Position numbers and translations under genes: made by a program. A stretch of 64,000 nt of DNA from Bacillota bacterium (GTDB taxonomy: Bacteria; Bacillota; Limnochordia; Darwinibacteriales; DTU012). This document shows positions 9,350 through 18,482 of the stretch, in pieces. How positions within the stretch are numbered: the first letter of the stretch is position 1; each line of letters starts with the position of its first letter. The DNA lies in NCBI GenBank assembly GCA_012520795.1, contig JAAYNP010000072.1, forward strand, positions 7,074 through 71,073. The letters are read 5' to 3'. Below the pieces are notes generated by a model. The model was not told the DNA's origin, ran no database searches, and saw only the letters and a list, made by a program, of their open reading frames with translations.

Positions 9350-10849
9350 TCAGGCACTCTTCTGCATGATTTGCCGGAACTGAACACCGGACAGTCTTTC
9401 CTGCTCCAGAAGCTTCTGGGCCAGGACATGCAGTTTCCCCTGGTTTTCCGCAAGATAATCGTACACCTGAGTTTCCTGCTCTTTGATAATCTGAGTAATT
9501 GTGCGCACCAACACTCCACTGGGCAAATCGGAAGTGACCACACCCAGATCAGACAGCCCTGCAAAGACGATCTTCCGGGCAATCTCGGCTGCCTGTTCAA
9601 TATCACTTACAGCGCCAGTGGAACGTTCGCCGAAAACCAATTCCTCGGCAACTGCTCCAGCCATACAGACCTGAATCCGTGCCAACAGCTCCGCTTTCGT
9701 ATACAGGTACTGATCATCTTGTCCATGCTGCCTCATGTATCCCAATGCATTTCCCCGAGATATGATCGTTACCGACGCCACAGATCCCTTGTTGATCTTT
9801 TCGCTGAGCATGGCGTGCCCTGTCTCATGATAGGCAATGCGGAGCCGTTCTTCCCCGGAAGGATTGCGGTTAAGCCTTTCCCCCAGCATCACCTTTTCCA
9901 GGGCTTCTTTGAAGTCCCTGTTAGTTATTTCCCTGCGTTTGTGCCTCAGCGCATAAATGGCCGCCTCATTGACAATGCTCTCCAGATGAGCCCCGGAGAA
10001 TCCAAAAGTCGCCTGGGCAATCTGCTCCAAATCAACGTCAAGTGCCAAAGGTTTGCCTTTAGCATGGATTCGCAAAATCTGCAGACGGCCCTGCTTGTCG
10101 GGAAGATCAACCCTCACAATCCGGTCAAACCTGCCCGGCCTCAAAAGAGCCGGATCCAGAAGATCAACCCGGTTAGTGGCTCCGACAACCAGCACACGCA
10201 CCTGTTGGTTGACTTTAATCCCATCTATTTGAGTGAGCAGTTCGTTCAAGGTCTGATCATACTCCATATGGCTGATATTTTTCCCCCGTTTGGCTCCAAG
10301 CACGTCGATCTCATCAATTAAAACAATCGCTGTCTGCTTGTTGGCCTTCTCCGCCTCTGCGTAAGCCTTATTGAACAATTGGCGCACCCGCTGCGCTCCC
10401 ACCCCGGCGTACATCTCCACAAACTGTGAACCCGCTGCGGCAATTAATACTGAGTCTGTATAGCCGGCGGCTGCTTTGGCCATCAGCGTTTTCCCCGTAC
10501 CGGGCGGGCCGGCCAAGAGAATGCCCTTTAAGGGCCTGATCCCAAGATTGCGGACTTCTTTGTCAAGCCGGATAAAATCCAGCGCTTCTTTGAATTCCCG
10601 CTTAGCAACCTCTTGCCCGCCGATGTCCGCAAAATCAACATCCGGGATGGCACTTACCCCGACTCCTTTTTGTTCCACCAAAGTGAACCGGTTGTTTGTC
10701 CGGTTGTCCATAGTAAATTTAAGCAGCAGTACCACAGCGCCGATCAAAATAAACGGTGTGATTTCGAATCCCTGCCGTGCGAAAAACACCAGTAATGCCA
10801 AGCCGATTCCCAGTATGATCTCTTTTAGAGCAATCTTCATTCCAGACAC
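9350..10849 (-). CDS. short FtsH-like AAA+ zinc metalloprotease (no extracytoplasmic domain)
   Basis: Two adjacent N-terminal TM helices, Walker A GPPGTGKT, Walker B LIDEID, second region of homology, M41 HEXXH as HETGH. 499 aa, shorter than canonical FtsH. Confidence 0.8.
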   Translation of the reverse strand: MSGMKIALKEIILGIGLALLVFFARQGFEITPFILIGAVVLLLKFTMDNRTNNRFTLVEQKGVGVSAIPDVDFADIGGQEVAKREFKEALDFIRLDKEVRNLGIRPLKGILLAGPPGTGKTLMAKAAAGYTDSVLIAAAGSQFVEMYAGVGAQRVRQLFNKAYAEAEKANKQTAIVLIDEIDVLGAKRGKNISHMEYDQTLNELLTQIDGIKVNQQVRVLVVGATNRVDLLDPALLRPGRFDRIVRVDLPDKQGRLQILRIHAKGKPLALDVDLEQIAQATFGFSGAHLESIVNEAAIYALRHKRREITNRDFKEALEKVMLGERLNRNPSGEERLRIAYHETGHAMLSEKINKGSVASVTIISRGNALGYMRQHGQDDQYLYTKAELLARIQVCMAGAVAEELVFGERSTGAVSDIEQAAEIARKIVFAGLSDLGVVTSDLPSGVLVRTITQIIKEQETQVYDYLAENQGKLHVLAQKLLEQERLSGVQFRQIMQKSA

Positions 10850-10857
10850 ACCTCATC

Positions 10858-11391
10858 CTAACTGCCTAGCCGTGTAATTAGCGATTCTTCATGCCTGCTG
10901 ATAACCTGAATCAAGAAATTATCTCCATCCAAAAGTTGTAGATAGACATAATCACCGTCAACTTTGAGGGTGAAGTCAATGCTGTACTCAGCCGCCAATT
11001 GTTCAATCTGCTCTGCCATCTCTACAAAATGGCCAGTGGCAATTCCCTGTTCCACAGCAATATGCATCCGGTCGTATGCTTTTGCGAGCATATGGTTGAT
11101 ATTGTCCTTAAGCTTAACCTTAACGGGTTGGGAAAACCCGGCAGCTGCAGCCTTGATTTCTGCAACCAGCACATCCAGCCGCTCAACTGCACCCAAATCC
11201 AGTGTCAGGGTAATTTGATCATCCTGCTCTGTCAGTTCGACTCCTTTAACTCCATCAATATTCGCAAAGGCTTGATACATCGGCTCGATTACCAGTTTTC
11301 GATGAGCAAAGCCCTGCAAGCCCATGGCCAGGCCCAATGCAATCAAAAACACTACAATCACTACATCAATCCGGATATCTTCCAGGCGCAT
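10858..11391 (-). CDS. hypothetical protein with a single N-terminal TM anchor
   Basis: Intact ORF 8 nt upstream of the FtsH-like gene and co-oriented with it. No recognised signature. Confidence 0.5.
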   Translation of the reverse strand: MRLEDIRIDVVIVVFLIALGLAMGLQGFAHRKLVIEPMYQAFANIDGVKGVELTEQDDQITLTLDLGAVERLDVLVAEIKAAAAGFSQPVKVKLKDNINHMLAKAYDRMHIAVEQGIATGHFVEMAEQIEQLAAEYSIDFTLKVDGDYVYLQLLDGDNFLIQVISRHEESLITRLGS

Positions 11392-11489
11392 CTGATCAAC
11401 CCCTTAACGAATGGTATAACTTATGTTAGTCATCTAGATGGTTAAGCTAAAGTGCCTGCTCACAGGCACACACCAATTATATCATGAAT

Positions 11490-12008
11490 TCAGTCGATTT
11501 TCTTCAACAGATCCTGGGCACGGTAGAAATAATCAACACCAGAGATAATTGTTACCAGGACAGCCAGCCACATGACCATCATGGCATGGGGAATCTCAAG
11601 CAGCAAACACATGATCGCAATGATCTGGATCAGCGTCTTAACCTTTCCCCATGTTGAAGCTGCGATTACAACTTGATCCGCCGCCGCCAGAATCCTAAGC
11701 CCGGATACGGCAAATTCCCTGCCGATAATAATCACGGCAACCCAGGCACTGAGCTGGTCGAGCTCAACCAATGTCAATAGTGCGGCACTGATCAACAGCT
11801 TGTCGGCGATGGGATCGATCAATTTGCCGAATTTGGTTACTTCCTTGCGGGTACGGGCAATATACCCATCCAATCCATCAGTGGCGGCAGCAATCCCAAA
11901 CACGATGGCTGCCCAATATTTACCATTGGCAATACCGCTTAGGAGTACGGCCATGAACACGGGAATGAAGAAAATCCGGATAATCGTGATCCAATTTGCC
12001 AAGCCCAT
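11490..12008 (-). CDS. pgsA: CDP-diacylglycerol--glycerol-3-phosphate 3-phosphatidyltransferase
   Basis: CDP-alcohol phosphatidyltransferase motif DGLDGYIARTRKEVTKFGKLIDPIADK. Confidence 0.9.
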   Translation of the reverse strand: MGLANWITIIRIFFIPVFMAVLLSGIANGKYWAAIVFGIAAATDGLDGYIARTRKEVTKFGKLIDPIADKLLISAALLTLVELDQLSAWVAVIIIGREFAVSGLRILAAADQVVIAASTWGKVKTLIQIIAIMCLLLEIPHAMMVMWLAVLVTIISGVDYFYRAQDLLKKID

Positions 12009-13352
12009 CTATGTTACATCTCCTTCTAATAGATCTCCCCCCAGATCATATGGGTGGACCTGAGTGATTCTGACATTGACGAATGAACCGATCTGCACCT
12101 GATTGCTGCCAATATAAACCAAACCGTCAACATCGGGAGCTTGCCCCCGATGGCGGCCAACTAAGACCAACTCACTTTCGGGTGCCCTGCCTTCGACGAG
12201 AACTTCTAGTGTCTTTCCAAGCAGCTTCTTTTGCTTGTTCAAGGCGATCTGCTGCTGCAGGCTCATTGCCGCGTGATAACGCTCATTTTTGACTTTGGTA
12301 CTGACCTGATGCTCGAATCCAGCCGCTGGAGTGTCTTCTTCCGCTGAATACTCGAAGATCCCACACCGATCCAACTGAGCAGCCTGGAGAAACTCCAACA
12401 GAGTCTCGAACTCGGCCTCCGTTTCACCGGGAAACCCCACAATGAACGCACTGCGAATGGTAACATGGGGCAGCATAGACCGGATCTTGCCAATCAACTG
12501 CAGGTGGCTGTCAAAACTGCCCGGCCGCCGCATCCGCTGCAATACGGAGTCAGCCGCATGCTGCAGCGGCAAATCAACGTAATGAAGCAAACTCTCGTGA
12601 CGAGCCATCAAATCCAGCAGCGAGTCATTGAGCGCAGCCGGATAGGTATACAAAACTCGAATCCAAGGAATATCCAGCTGTATCAAATCGCGTAAAAGCA
12701 ACTCCAGTGAAGATCTGGGTTCCAAATCCCAACCGTATGCGGTCGTATCCTGAGCAATAATATTCAACTCTTTGAAGCCGCTTTCCGCCAGCCTCATCGC
12801 TTCCCTGATGATTGCTTCAGGACTGCGGGACCGATACGCCCCGCGGATTTGGGGGATTGCACAAAACGCACAGTGGTGGCTGCAGCCCTCGGCTATTTTC
12901 AGATAAGCACTGTGCCGGCCTGTGGAAACAAGGCGGGGCAGGTCTGGCTGATCATAGCAAAAGTGCCGGCTCAGGACCAATCTCACTCTTTCACCCCTGA
13001 GAACGCGAGTTATCGCTTCCGGAATCAAGTCCATTTCAGCTGTACCCAGAATGGCATCGATTTCGGGAATATCCTGCCACAGTGCTTCTTGATACCTTTT
13101 GGACAGACACCCACTAACGATTAAACAACGGCACACCCCGGTTTGCTTATACGCTGCCATCTCAAAAATAGCGGCTATAGACTCCTCCTTGGCGGCTTCA
13201 ATAAATCCGCATGTATTCACAATCAACACTTCCGCGCGGGTGGGGTCCGTTTCAATTTCGAAGCCAGCTTCGTGTAAATAACCCAAGGCAATTTCACTGT
13301 CAACAAGATTTTTGGCACATCCCAATGATACAAGCCCTACTTTGACTCTCAT
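12009..13352 (-). CDS. rimO: ribosomal protein S12 methylthiotransferase RimO
   Basis: MTTase N-domain (VSLGCAKN), radical-SAM CSHHCAFC, C-terminal TRAM domain. Abuts pgsA. Confidence 0.85.
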   Translation of the reverse strand: MRVKVGLVSLGCAKNLVDSEIALGYLHEAGFEIETDPTRAEVLIVNTCGFIEAAKEESIAAIFEMAAYKQTGVCRCLIVSGCLSKRYQEALWQDIPEIDAILGTAEMDLIPEAITRVLRGERVRLVLSRHFCYDQPDLPRLVSTGRHSAYLKIAEGCSHHCAFCAIPQIRGAYRSRSPEAIIREAMRLAESGFKELNIIAQDTTAYGWDLEPRSSLELLLRDLIQLDIPWIRVLYTYPAALNDSLLDLMARHESLLHYVDLPLQHAADSVLQRMRRPGSFDSHLQLIGKIRSMLPHVTIRSAFIVGFPGETEAEFETLLEFLQAAQLDRCGIFEYSAEEDTPAAGFEHQVSTKVKNERYHAAMSLQQQIALNKQKKLLGKTLEVLVEGRAPESELVLVGRHRGQAPDVDGLVYIGSNQVQIGSFVNVRITQVHPYDLGGDLLEGDVT

Positions 13353-13520
13353 ACGTATTCCTCACAAGACTAAGATTGTCAATCCATGTTTCGCTTTATT
13401 CCATGCCATTTCCTGCTTTGCAGGCGTATACAAAAACTTGCAGAGCCAACATATTTACCAACGGTTCAGGACAGGATAAATAGGTAATCATCGAATCAAT
13501 CACTTCAGGGAGGATTATCA

Positions 13521-15314
13521 TTGCTTGATCCGTCGCAGATTATTGTTCCACTGCTGAACTACTCAGGTCAAAGCTTGATCGAAAATGAGGAAATCTTCCT
13601 TGAACCACATCAACTTGAACACTTCTCGGTAGAATTCTCCCGATCGGGGTTCAGCCGGATCATCAGGGAACTGCGCAAAGGCAGTTTTGATGATCTTGAC
13701 TGGCACCGCCTGGCTCAGCTTGCTGATCAATTGTCCCTAACTCACGGTTTTTCAGAATTGCTCTGCGTCAATCATCTCGCCCAGCACTGGCAGCAGGTGG
13801 GAATGATTCCCTACCCCCATCAGATCAAAACAGCAGAAAGAGTCCTAAAAGAAATGCGCGGCCAGGCGATTCTCGCCGATGAAGTAGGCTTGGGCAAGAC
13901 AATTGAAGCCGGTATCGTCCTTAAGGAATACCTAATCCGCGGCCTGGTCAAGAGGGTTTTGATTCTGACTCCGGCCTCCCTGTGCTGGCAGTGGTACCAG
14001 GAATTGGCCGAGAAATTCCAAATCTATGCCGGAATCCAGAAGTCAGAATGGGATTGGGAACACGCGGAGGTTCTGATTGCCTCAATCGACACTGCCAAGC
14101 TGGATCCCCACGCCAGCATCATCAAGAATATCCCATATGACATGGTGATCATTGATGAAGCCCACAAATTGAAGAACAGCAAAACAAAAGCTTGGCAGCT
14201 TGTGAACTCACTGCAGAAGAAGTACTGCTTGATGCTGACGGCAACACCAATCCAGAACGATTTAAAAGAACTCTACAATTTGATCACACTGCTCAAACCG
14301 GGCCAATTGGGTAGTTACCGCAGCTTCAAGCAGAAATTCATGCAGGACCTGCGTACACCAAAAAACCCCGGCCAGCTGCGGAAACTGCTGTCAGAAGTCT
14401 TAATCCGCAACCGCCGTGGTGAAGGCACTGTTCAATTCACTAAACGCCATGTCTATCCTATCATCGTCGAACTCGCCGCCCCGGAAAGAGCGCTGTATGA
14501 CAGAATCACCAGACTAATCAAGGCGTCAAGTAAGTCGGCCTTCTTTCAGGGGAATATATTGCCCCTAATCACTCTGCAGCGGGAAGTGTGCAGCAGTTTC
14601 TACGCAGCTGGCTTAACCCTGCAGAAAATCTATGAGAAGTACAATTTGAACCCTGATGCGGAAATCTTGTCTTTGATGAATGAAGCAGTCAATGTAAGGC
14701 AAAACAGCAAATGCGACATCATTGAAAACCTTGTCTCCAAAATACAGGATCGGGTGATTATTTTTACGGAATACAAAGCCAGCCAGGAGTATATCCGCTG
14801 GCGGTTGGAAAAAGCGAACTACCGCACCTTTGCTTTTGACGGAAGTCTTTCCCGCAACCGCAAACAGTGGGCCCGTTACTTGTTTCAAAAGGAAGGCGGC
14901 ATTCTGGTCAGCACGGAATCGGGAGGTGAAGGTCTCAACTTCCAGTTCTGCAACCATGTGATCAATTATGATCTGCCGTGGAACCCAATGCGCCTGGAGC
15001 AGCGTATCGGGCGTGTCCACCGCCTAGGCCAAACCAAAGATGTCCATATCTACAACCTGGTCACCAAAGATACTATTGAAGAGTATATCATGTTTTTGCT
15101 TCATGAAAAGATCAACATGTTCGAAATGGTACTGGGGGAATTGGATGCGATTTTGATGCACCTGAAATGGGACAAGTCCTTTGAAACGCAGTTGATGCAC
15201 ATTTTCCTCAAAAATCAATCTAAGGAGGACGTTCACCGTGAACTCAACAGACTTGGAGACGAAATCCTGAAAACAAGACAGGAAATCTCCAGGCAGCAAT
15301 GGGATCTGTTTTAG
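13521..15314 (+). CDS. SNF2-family helicase (YqhH-like)
   Basis: Motifs LADEVGLGKT, IIDEAHKLKN, LTATPIQN, QRIGRVHRLGQ. TTG start after GGGAGG. Confidence 0.85.
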   Translation: MLDPSQIIVPLLNYSGQSLIENEEIFLEPHQLEHFSVEFSRSGFSRIIRELRKGSFDDLDWHRLAQLADQLSLTHGFSELLCVNHLAQHWQQVGMIPYPHQIKTAERVLKEMRGQAILADEVGLGKTIEAGIVLKEYLIRGLVKRVLILTPASLCWQWYQELAEKFQIYAGIQKSEWDWEHAEVLIASIDTAKLDPHASIIKNIPYDMVIIDEAHKLKNSKTKAWQLVNSLQKKYCLMLTATPIQNDLKELYNLITLLKPGQLGSYRSFKQKFMQDLRTPKNPGQLRKLLSEVLIRNRRGEGTVQFTKRHVYPIIVELAAPERALYDRITRLIKASSKSAFFQGNILPLITLQREVCSSFYAAGLTLQKIYEKYNLNPDAEILSLMNEAVNVRQNSKCDIIENLVSKIQDRVIIFTEYKASQEYIRWRLEKANYRTFAFDGSLSRNRKQWARYLFQKEGGILVSTESGGEGLNFQFCNHVINYDLPWNPMRLEQRIGRVHRLGQTKDVHIYNLVTKDTIEEYIMFLLHEKINMFEMVLGELDAILMHLKWDKSFETQLMHIFLKNQSKEDVHRELNRLGDEILKTRQEISRQQWDLF

Positions 15315-15324
15315 GAGGTGCCAA

Positions 15325-16215
15325 ATGGCTGCAGCCATACCTGAACTTGTATTCAAGTTTTTCCAACTCTGCAATCTAAAACCAGTGGAAATCCGCAAAG
15401 GGATTTACCAAGTCCAGATAGACGATCACCTGGCCAAAGAACTGGACGGATGGAGGGCCAAGGCAAGGCTGTTCCAGTTTACTTTCGATCAAAGGCTCGC
15501 CCAAACCTATGGCGCCGAACTGATCAGCCCCGGCAGCTATCGGTTGGACACAATCGTTCGGCTGATCCAAAAACAGGCTGTCCTCTCCTCAGGCCACTTG
15601 CCCCACGACGTTTTTTATGAACCGTTTATCCGCCGCAAGATTCTCGATCGGCTCAAGATTCAACACCCCGCGAGCCGTCTCTATGTTTTGGATCACTGCC
15701 TGCGGTACGGTCCCTATTTCTGGGTCACCCTGCGGATCACCTATTTGGCTTATGAAAAACATGAAGAAATCCGCAAACTGTTAGTGGATTTGGTATCCGG
15801 CAAGGTTGTCAACTACGAGATTCCCGCCGACATGCTCAAACCCGGCTTCTGCAGCCCGGATCTGCAGTACCGCCGCCGGATCAGTTTCAAACAAGCATAC
15901 CAATTCCTTCAGCAGGAGATTATTCATGAGCTTAAATACCGGGACCCATCCTGGGCAATAACTGCCGTTCAGGAACTGGCCAAGGAACATGAAAAGCTGG
16001 AGGAATACTTTCGTGATCTGCCCGACAGCGGCCAGCGCAACCTCCGCATTGCCGAATTGATGGCCCGGGCCAGGCCTCGGGTGCAGATCAGACCGCTTAG
16101 GGCTGCCTTGTTATATCTGCCGAAGATTGAGTACCGGATCATGGTGGCCGGTACGACGGAAAAAATAAACCGGATCACATATGACCCGGTGAGCAACCAA
16201 TATGAACATGATTAA
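15325..16215 (+). CDS. YqhG-like protein (conserved partner of YqhH-type helicases)
   Basis: 10 nt after the helicase stop. Recalled resemblance to B. subtilis YqhG (SP.SYRL, PYFWV.L.I.Y, DPSWA..A.E). Family assignment is from memory only. Confidence 0.5.
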   Translation: MAAAIPELVFKFFQLCNLKPVEIRKGIYQVQIDDHLAKELDGWRAKARLFQFTFDQRLAQTYGAELISPGSYRLDTIVRLIQKQAVLSSGHLPHDVFYEPFIRRKILDRLKIQHPASRLYVLDHCLRYGPYFWVTLRITYLAYEKHEEIRKLLVDLVSGKVVNYEIPADMLKPGFCSPDLQYRRRISFKQAYQFLQQEIIHELKYRDPSWAITAVQELAKEHEKLEEYFRDLPDSGQRNLRIAELMARARPRVQIRPLRAALLYLPKIEYRIMVAGTTEKINRITYDPVSNQYEHD

Positions 16216-17582
16216 GCCAAGAGCCGGCACAAATCTCGAGCCGATTTCCAAATCGGCCCGGCACCCATGGTGATAACCAAATCGCCGCTGCCAACTATGT
16301 TGATCAAAAACTGGGCAACATCTGCCTGATCAGGTACCAGGTAGACTTCCTTACCCAGTTGCCGCATCCTGTCGGCCAGTATCTCTGAACTCACACCTGG
16401 AATCGGCTGTTCTGGGGGTGGCGCGAAAATATCGGTCAAGACAACTATATCGGCATCTGCAAAGGCCTGGGTGAATTCATCGAACAGAAACTTGGTGCGG
16501 CTGTAGCGATGTGGTTGAAAAACTGCGATAACTCTTTTATTCCACCCTTCCCGGGCAGCCCTTAATGTTGCTGCAATTTCTGTAGGATGATGGGCGTAAT
16601 CATCTACGATGGTAATCCCCTGCCCTGTTTCCCCTACGATTTGAAAACGGCGCTCTGCTCCGGTAAACTGCGCCAAATGTTTCCTGATGATCTCGCTGTC
16701 CAAACCCAGCAGGTGACACACGACAATCGCGGCGCAGGCATTGCTCACATACAGCCTGCCCGGCACCTTTAGGGAAAACTCCCCGTAGACAATGCCCTTC
16801 TGATAGAGCCTAAACGTGGTTCGAGCCGGCTTGACCGCCAGCAGTTCCGCCCGCCAATGTACATCGTTTGCAAACCCGTATGTTACAGCCTTTGGAAACT
16901 GAGGTGATATCTCCCGTACTTGTCGATTGTCAATACACAGGACTTGGACTCCGCCCGGCTTTACATTGGCCAAAAACTGCCTGTATGTTTCAACCAGTTC
17001 GTTAAAATCACCGTTGTAGTTCTCCAGGTGATCAGCCTCAATACTTGTCACTACAGCGATCTCAGGATGATAACGCAAAAAACTGCGATCGGATTCGTCC
17101 GCCTCCGCCACTACCACTCCCCCATTGCCGTATTTGGCACCGGGCCCAAACGGTTCAAAATGCGCCCCAATCAGCACAGTTGGATCAAAAGCGGCCTGTT
17201 CCAATATCCAGGCGATCATGGAAGTGGTTGTCGACTTGCCGTGTGCGCCGGCAATGGCAATGCCGCGGCCTGCGTTAAGCAGCTTCGCTACGATTTCAGA
17301 CCGGTGGTATAAGTGCAAGTTGTGCTCCAAAGCCGCCAAATACTCAGGATTGTCTTTGGGGATTGCCGATGAATAAACGACATGTCCAGCGCCATCCACA
17401 TACTCGGCTTTATGCCCTAACGAAATCTTGGCCCCCAATCGCTTAAGATACTCGGTCGTTTCAGACCTCTTCAAATCTGACCCGCTAACCTGCCAGCCCA
17501 TTTCCAGGAAAATTTTAGCCAAAGGGCCCATGCCGGTACCCCCAATGCCAATAAAATGGATCCGTTGGTTCATCTCTTCCAC
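16212..17582 (-). CDS. murC: UDP-N-acetylmuramate--L-alanine ligase
   Basis: HFIGIGGTGMGPLA and GAHGKSTTT motifs. 456 aa. Confidence 0.93.
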   Translation of the reverse strand: MEEMNQRIHFIGIGGTGMGPLAKIFLEMGWQVSGSDLKRSETTEYLKRLGAKISLGHKAEYVDGAGHVVYSSAIPKDNPEYLAALEHNLHLYHRSEIVAKLLNAGRGIAIAGAHGKSTTTSMIAWILEQAAFDPTVLIGAHFEPFGPGAKYGNGGVVVAEADESDRSFLRYHPEIAVVTSIEADHLENYNGDFNELVETYRQFLANVKPGGVQVLCIDNRQVREISPQFPKAVTYGFANDVHWRAELLAVKPARTTFRLYQKGIVYGEFSLKVPGRLYVSNACAAIVVCHLLGLDSEIIRKHLAQFTGAERRFQIVGETGQGITIVDDYAHHPTEIAATLRAAREGWNKRVIAVFQPHRYSRTKFLFDEFTQAFADADIVVLTDIFAPPPEQPIPGVSSEILADRMRQLGKEVYLVPDQADVAQFLINIVGSGDLVITMGAGPIWKSARDLCRLLA

Positions 17583-17661
17583 TCCTTTACTGCGTGGTGC
17601 CTTGTGTTGTAAGCTTTCCCAGATCCTGACAGATTATGAGCCAGGTTTGTTTCTGCCTTTG

Positions 17662-18435
17662 CTATTTGATCAACGGGGCAATCACCTCCGCCAACAGCAG
17701 GGCACTGCGGTTCGCTTCTTCAATGGTGTTACCTTTCCAGTCCCCAATCACCACCATCACGCTGTTTGGATGGAGATCACCGCTGTAATCAGACTTAAAT
17801 ACACGCACCCCCCGGGAAACGCCGGGATATTTTGCTTCAAGCGCATCGCTGATTGATTTGGCAAAAGCCATGTTTGCTTCCACCAGCTCATTGTCCTGAT
17901 CGCCGACAATAAACAGGATCTTTGCCACTTTTTCTCCATTGATCTCAGTGGTGGTGTACCCATCCGGCTTATCCTGCAGCCCATCGCGATGAATATCCAG
18001 TACCATCTGGATCTGACTGTTCTCCTTGAGCGCCCTCTCAATCACTTTGGCTGAATTGATAAATGCTTCGCTGTAGCGCGGCCGATCATGAATCGTCTGA
18101 TCATGGACGGCTGCAATTCCTTTTTCCAGCAAAGCCTGGACAAATACCCTGCCCACTTGTACCACATCACCGGGTTCCCCATCCTGCTGATGACTGTCTT
18201 TAGGTTCGTAGTTCTCGGTCGCGTGGCTGTGAAGAACCAATACTTTGGGGATCTGTGGAGTTTGCGGTAGAGTCCCGGAATCGTCCTCAGCCGATGGAGG
18301 CGGTGGAATCTCGTCATCCCCGCTGCCGGGATAGAAGTCAAAGAACCTTGCGCCGACAACCGCCACCACTACTAGAGTCACAAGAATAAACAACAAACCA
18401 GGTCCACTTTTCTCTTTTCTCCGAATTCTTGCCAA
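17662..18435 (-). CDS. spoIIP: stage II sporulation protein P-like amidase
   Basis: N-terminal anchor, LVLHSHATENY, ILFIVG, YSGDLHPNSVMVVIG, which are SpoIIP family hallmarks. Confidence 0.75.
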   Translation of the reverse strand: MARIRRKEKSGPGLLFILVTLVVVAVVGARFFDFYPGSGDDEIPPPPSAEDDSGTLPQTPQIPKVLVLHSHATENYEPKDSHQQDGEPGDVVQVGRVFVQALLEKGIAAVHDQTIHDRPRYSEAFINSAKVIERALKENSQIQMVLDIHRDGLQDKPDGYTTTEINGEKVAKILFIVGDQDNELVEANMAFAKSISDALEAKYPGVSRGVRVFKSDYSGDLHPNSVMVVIGDWKGNTIEEANRSALLLAEVIAPLIK

Positions 18436-18482
18436 GCTGTATACCCCCTTCCGCAGAAAATATATGCGGAAGGGAGTACCGA

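Noticed and set aside
9371-10321. 316-aa plus-strand ORF antisense to the FtsH-like gene. Similar long antisense ORFs occur at 1277-1852, 19341-20204, 29070-29873, 31551-32138, 59339-59989 and 63394-63969.
   Set aside because: Each is the shadow frame of a gene with unmistakable family motifs on the other strand. Their translations are low-complexity, and 63394-63969 even spans three separate minus-strand genes.
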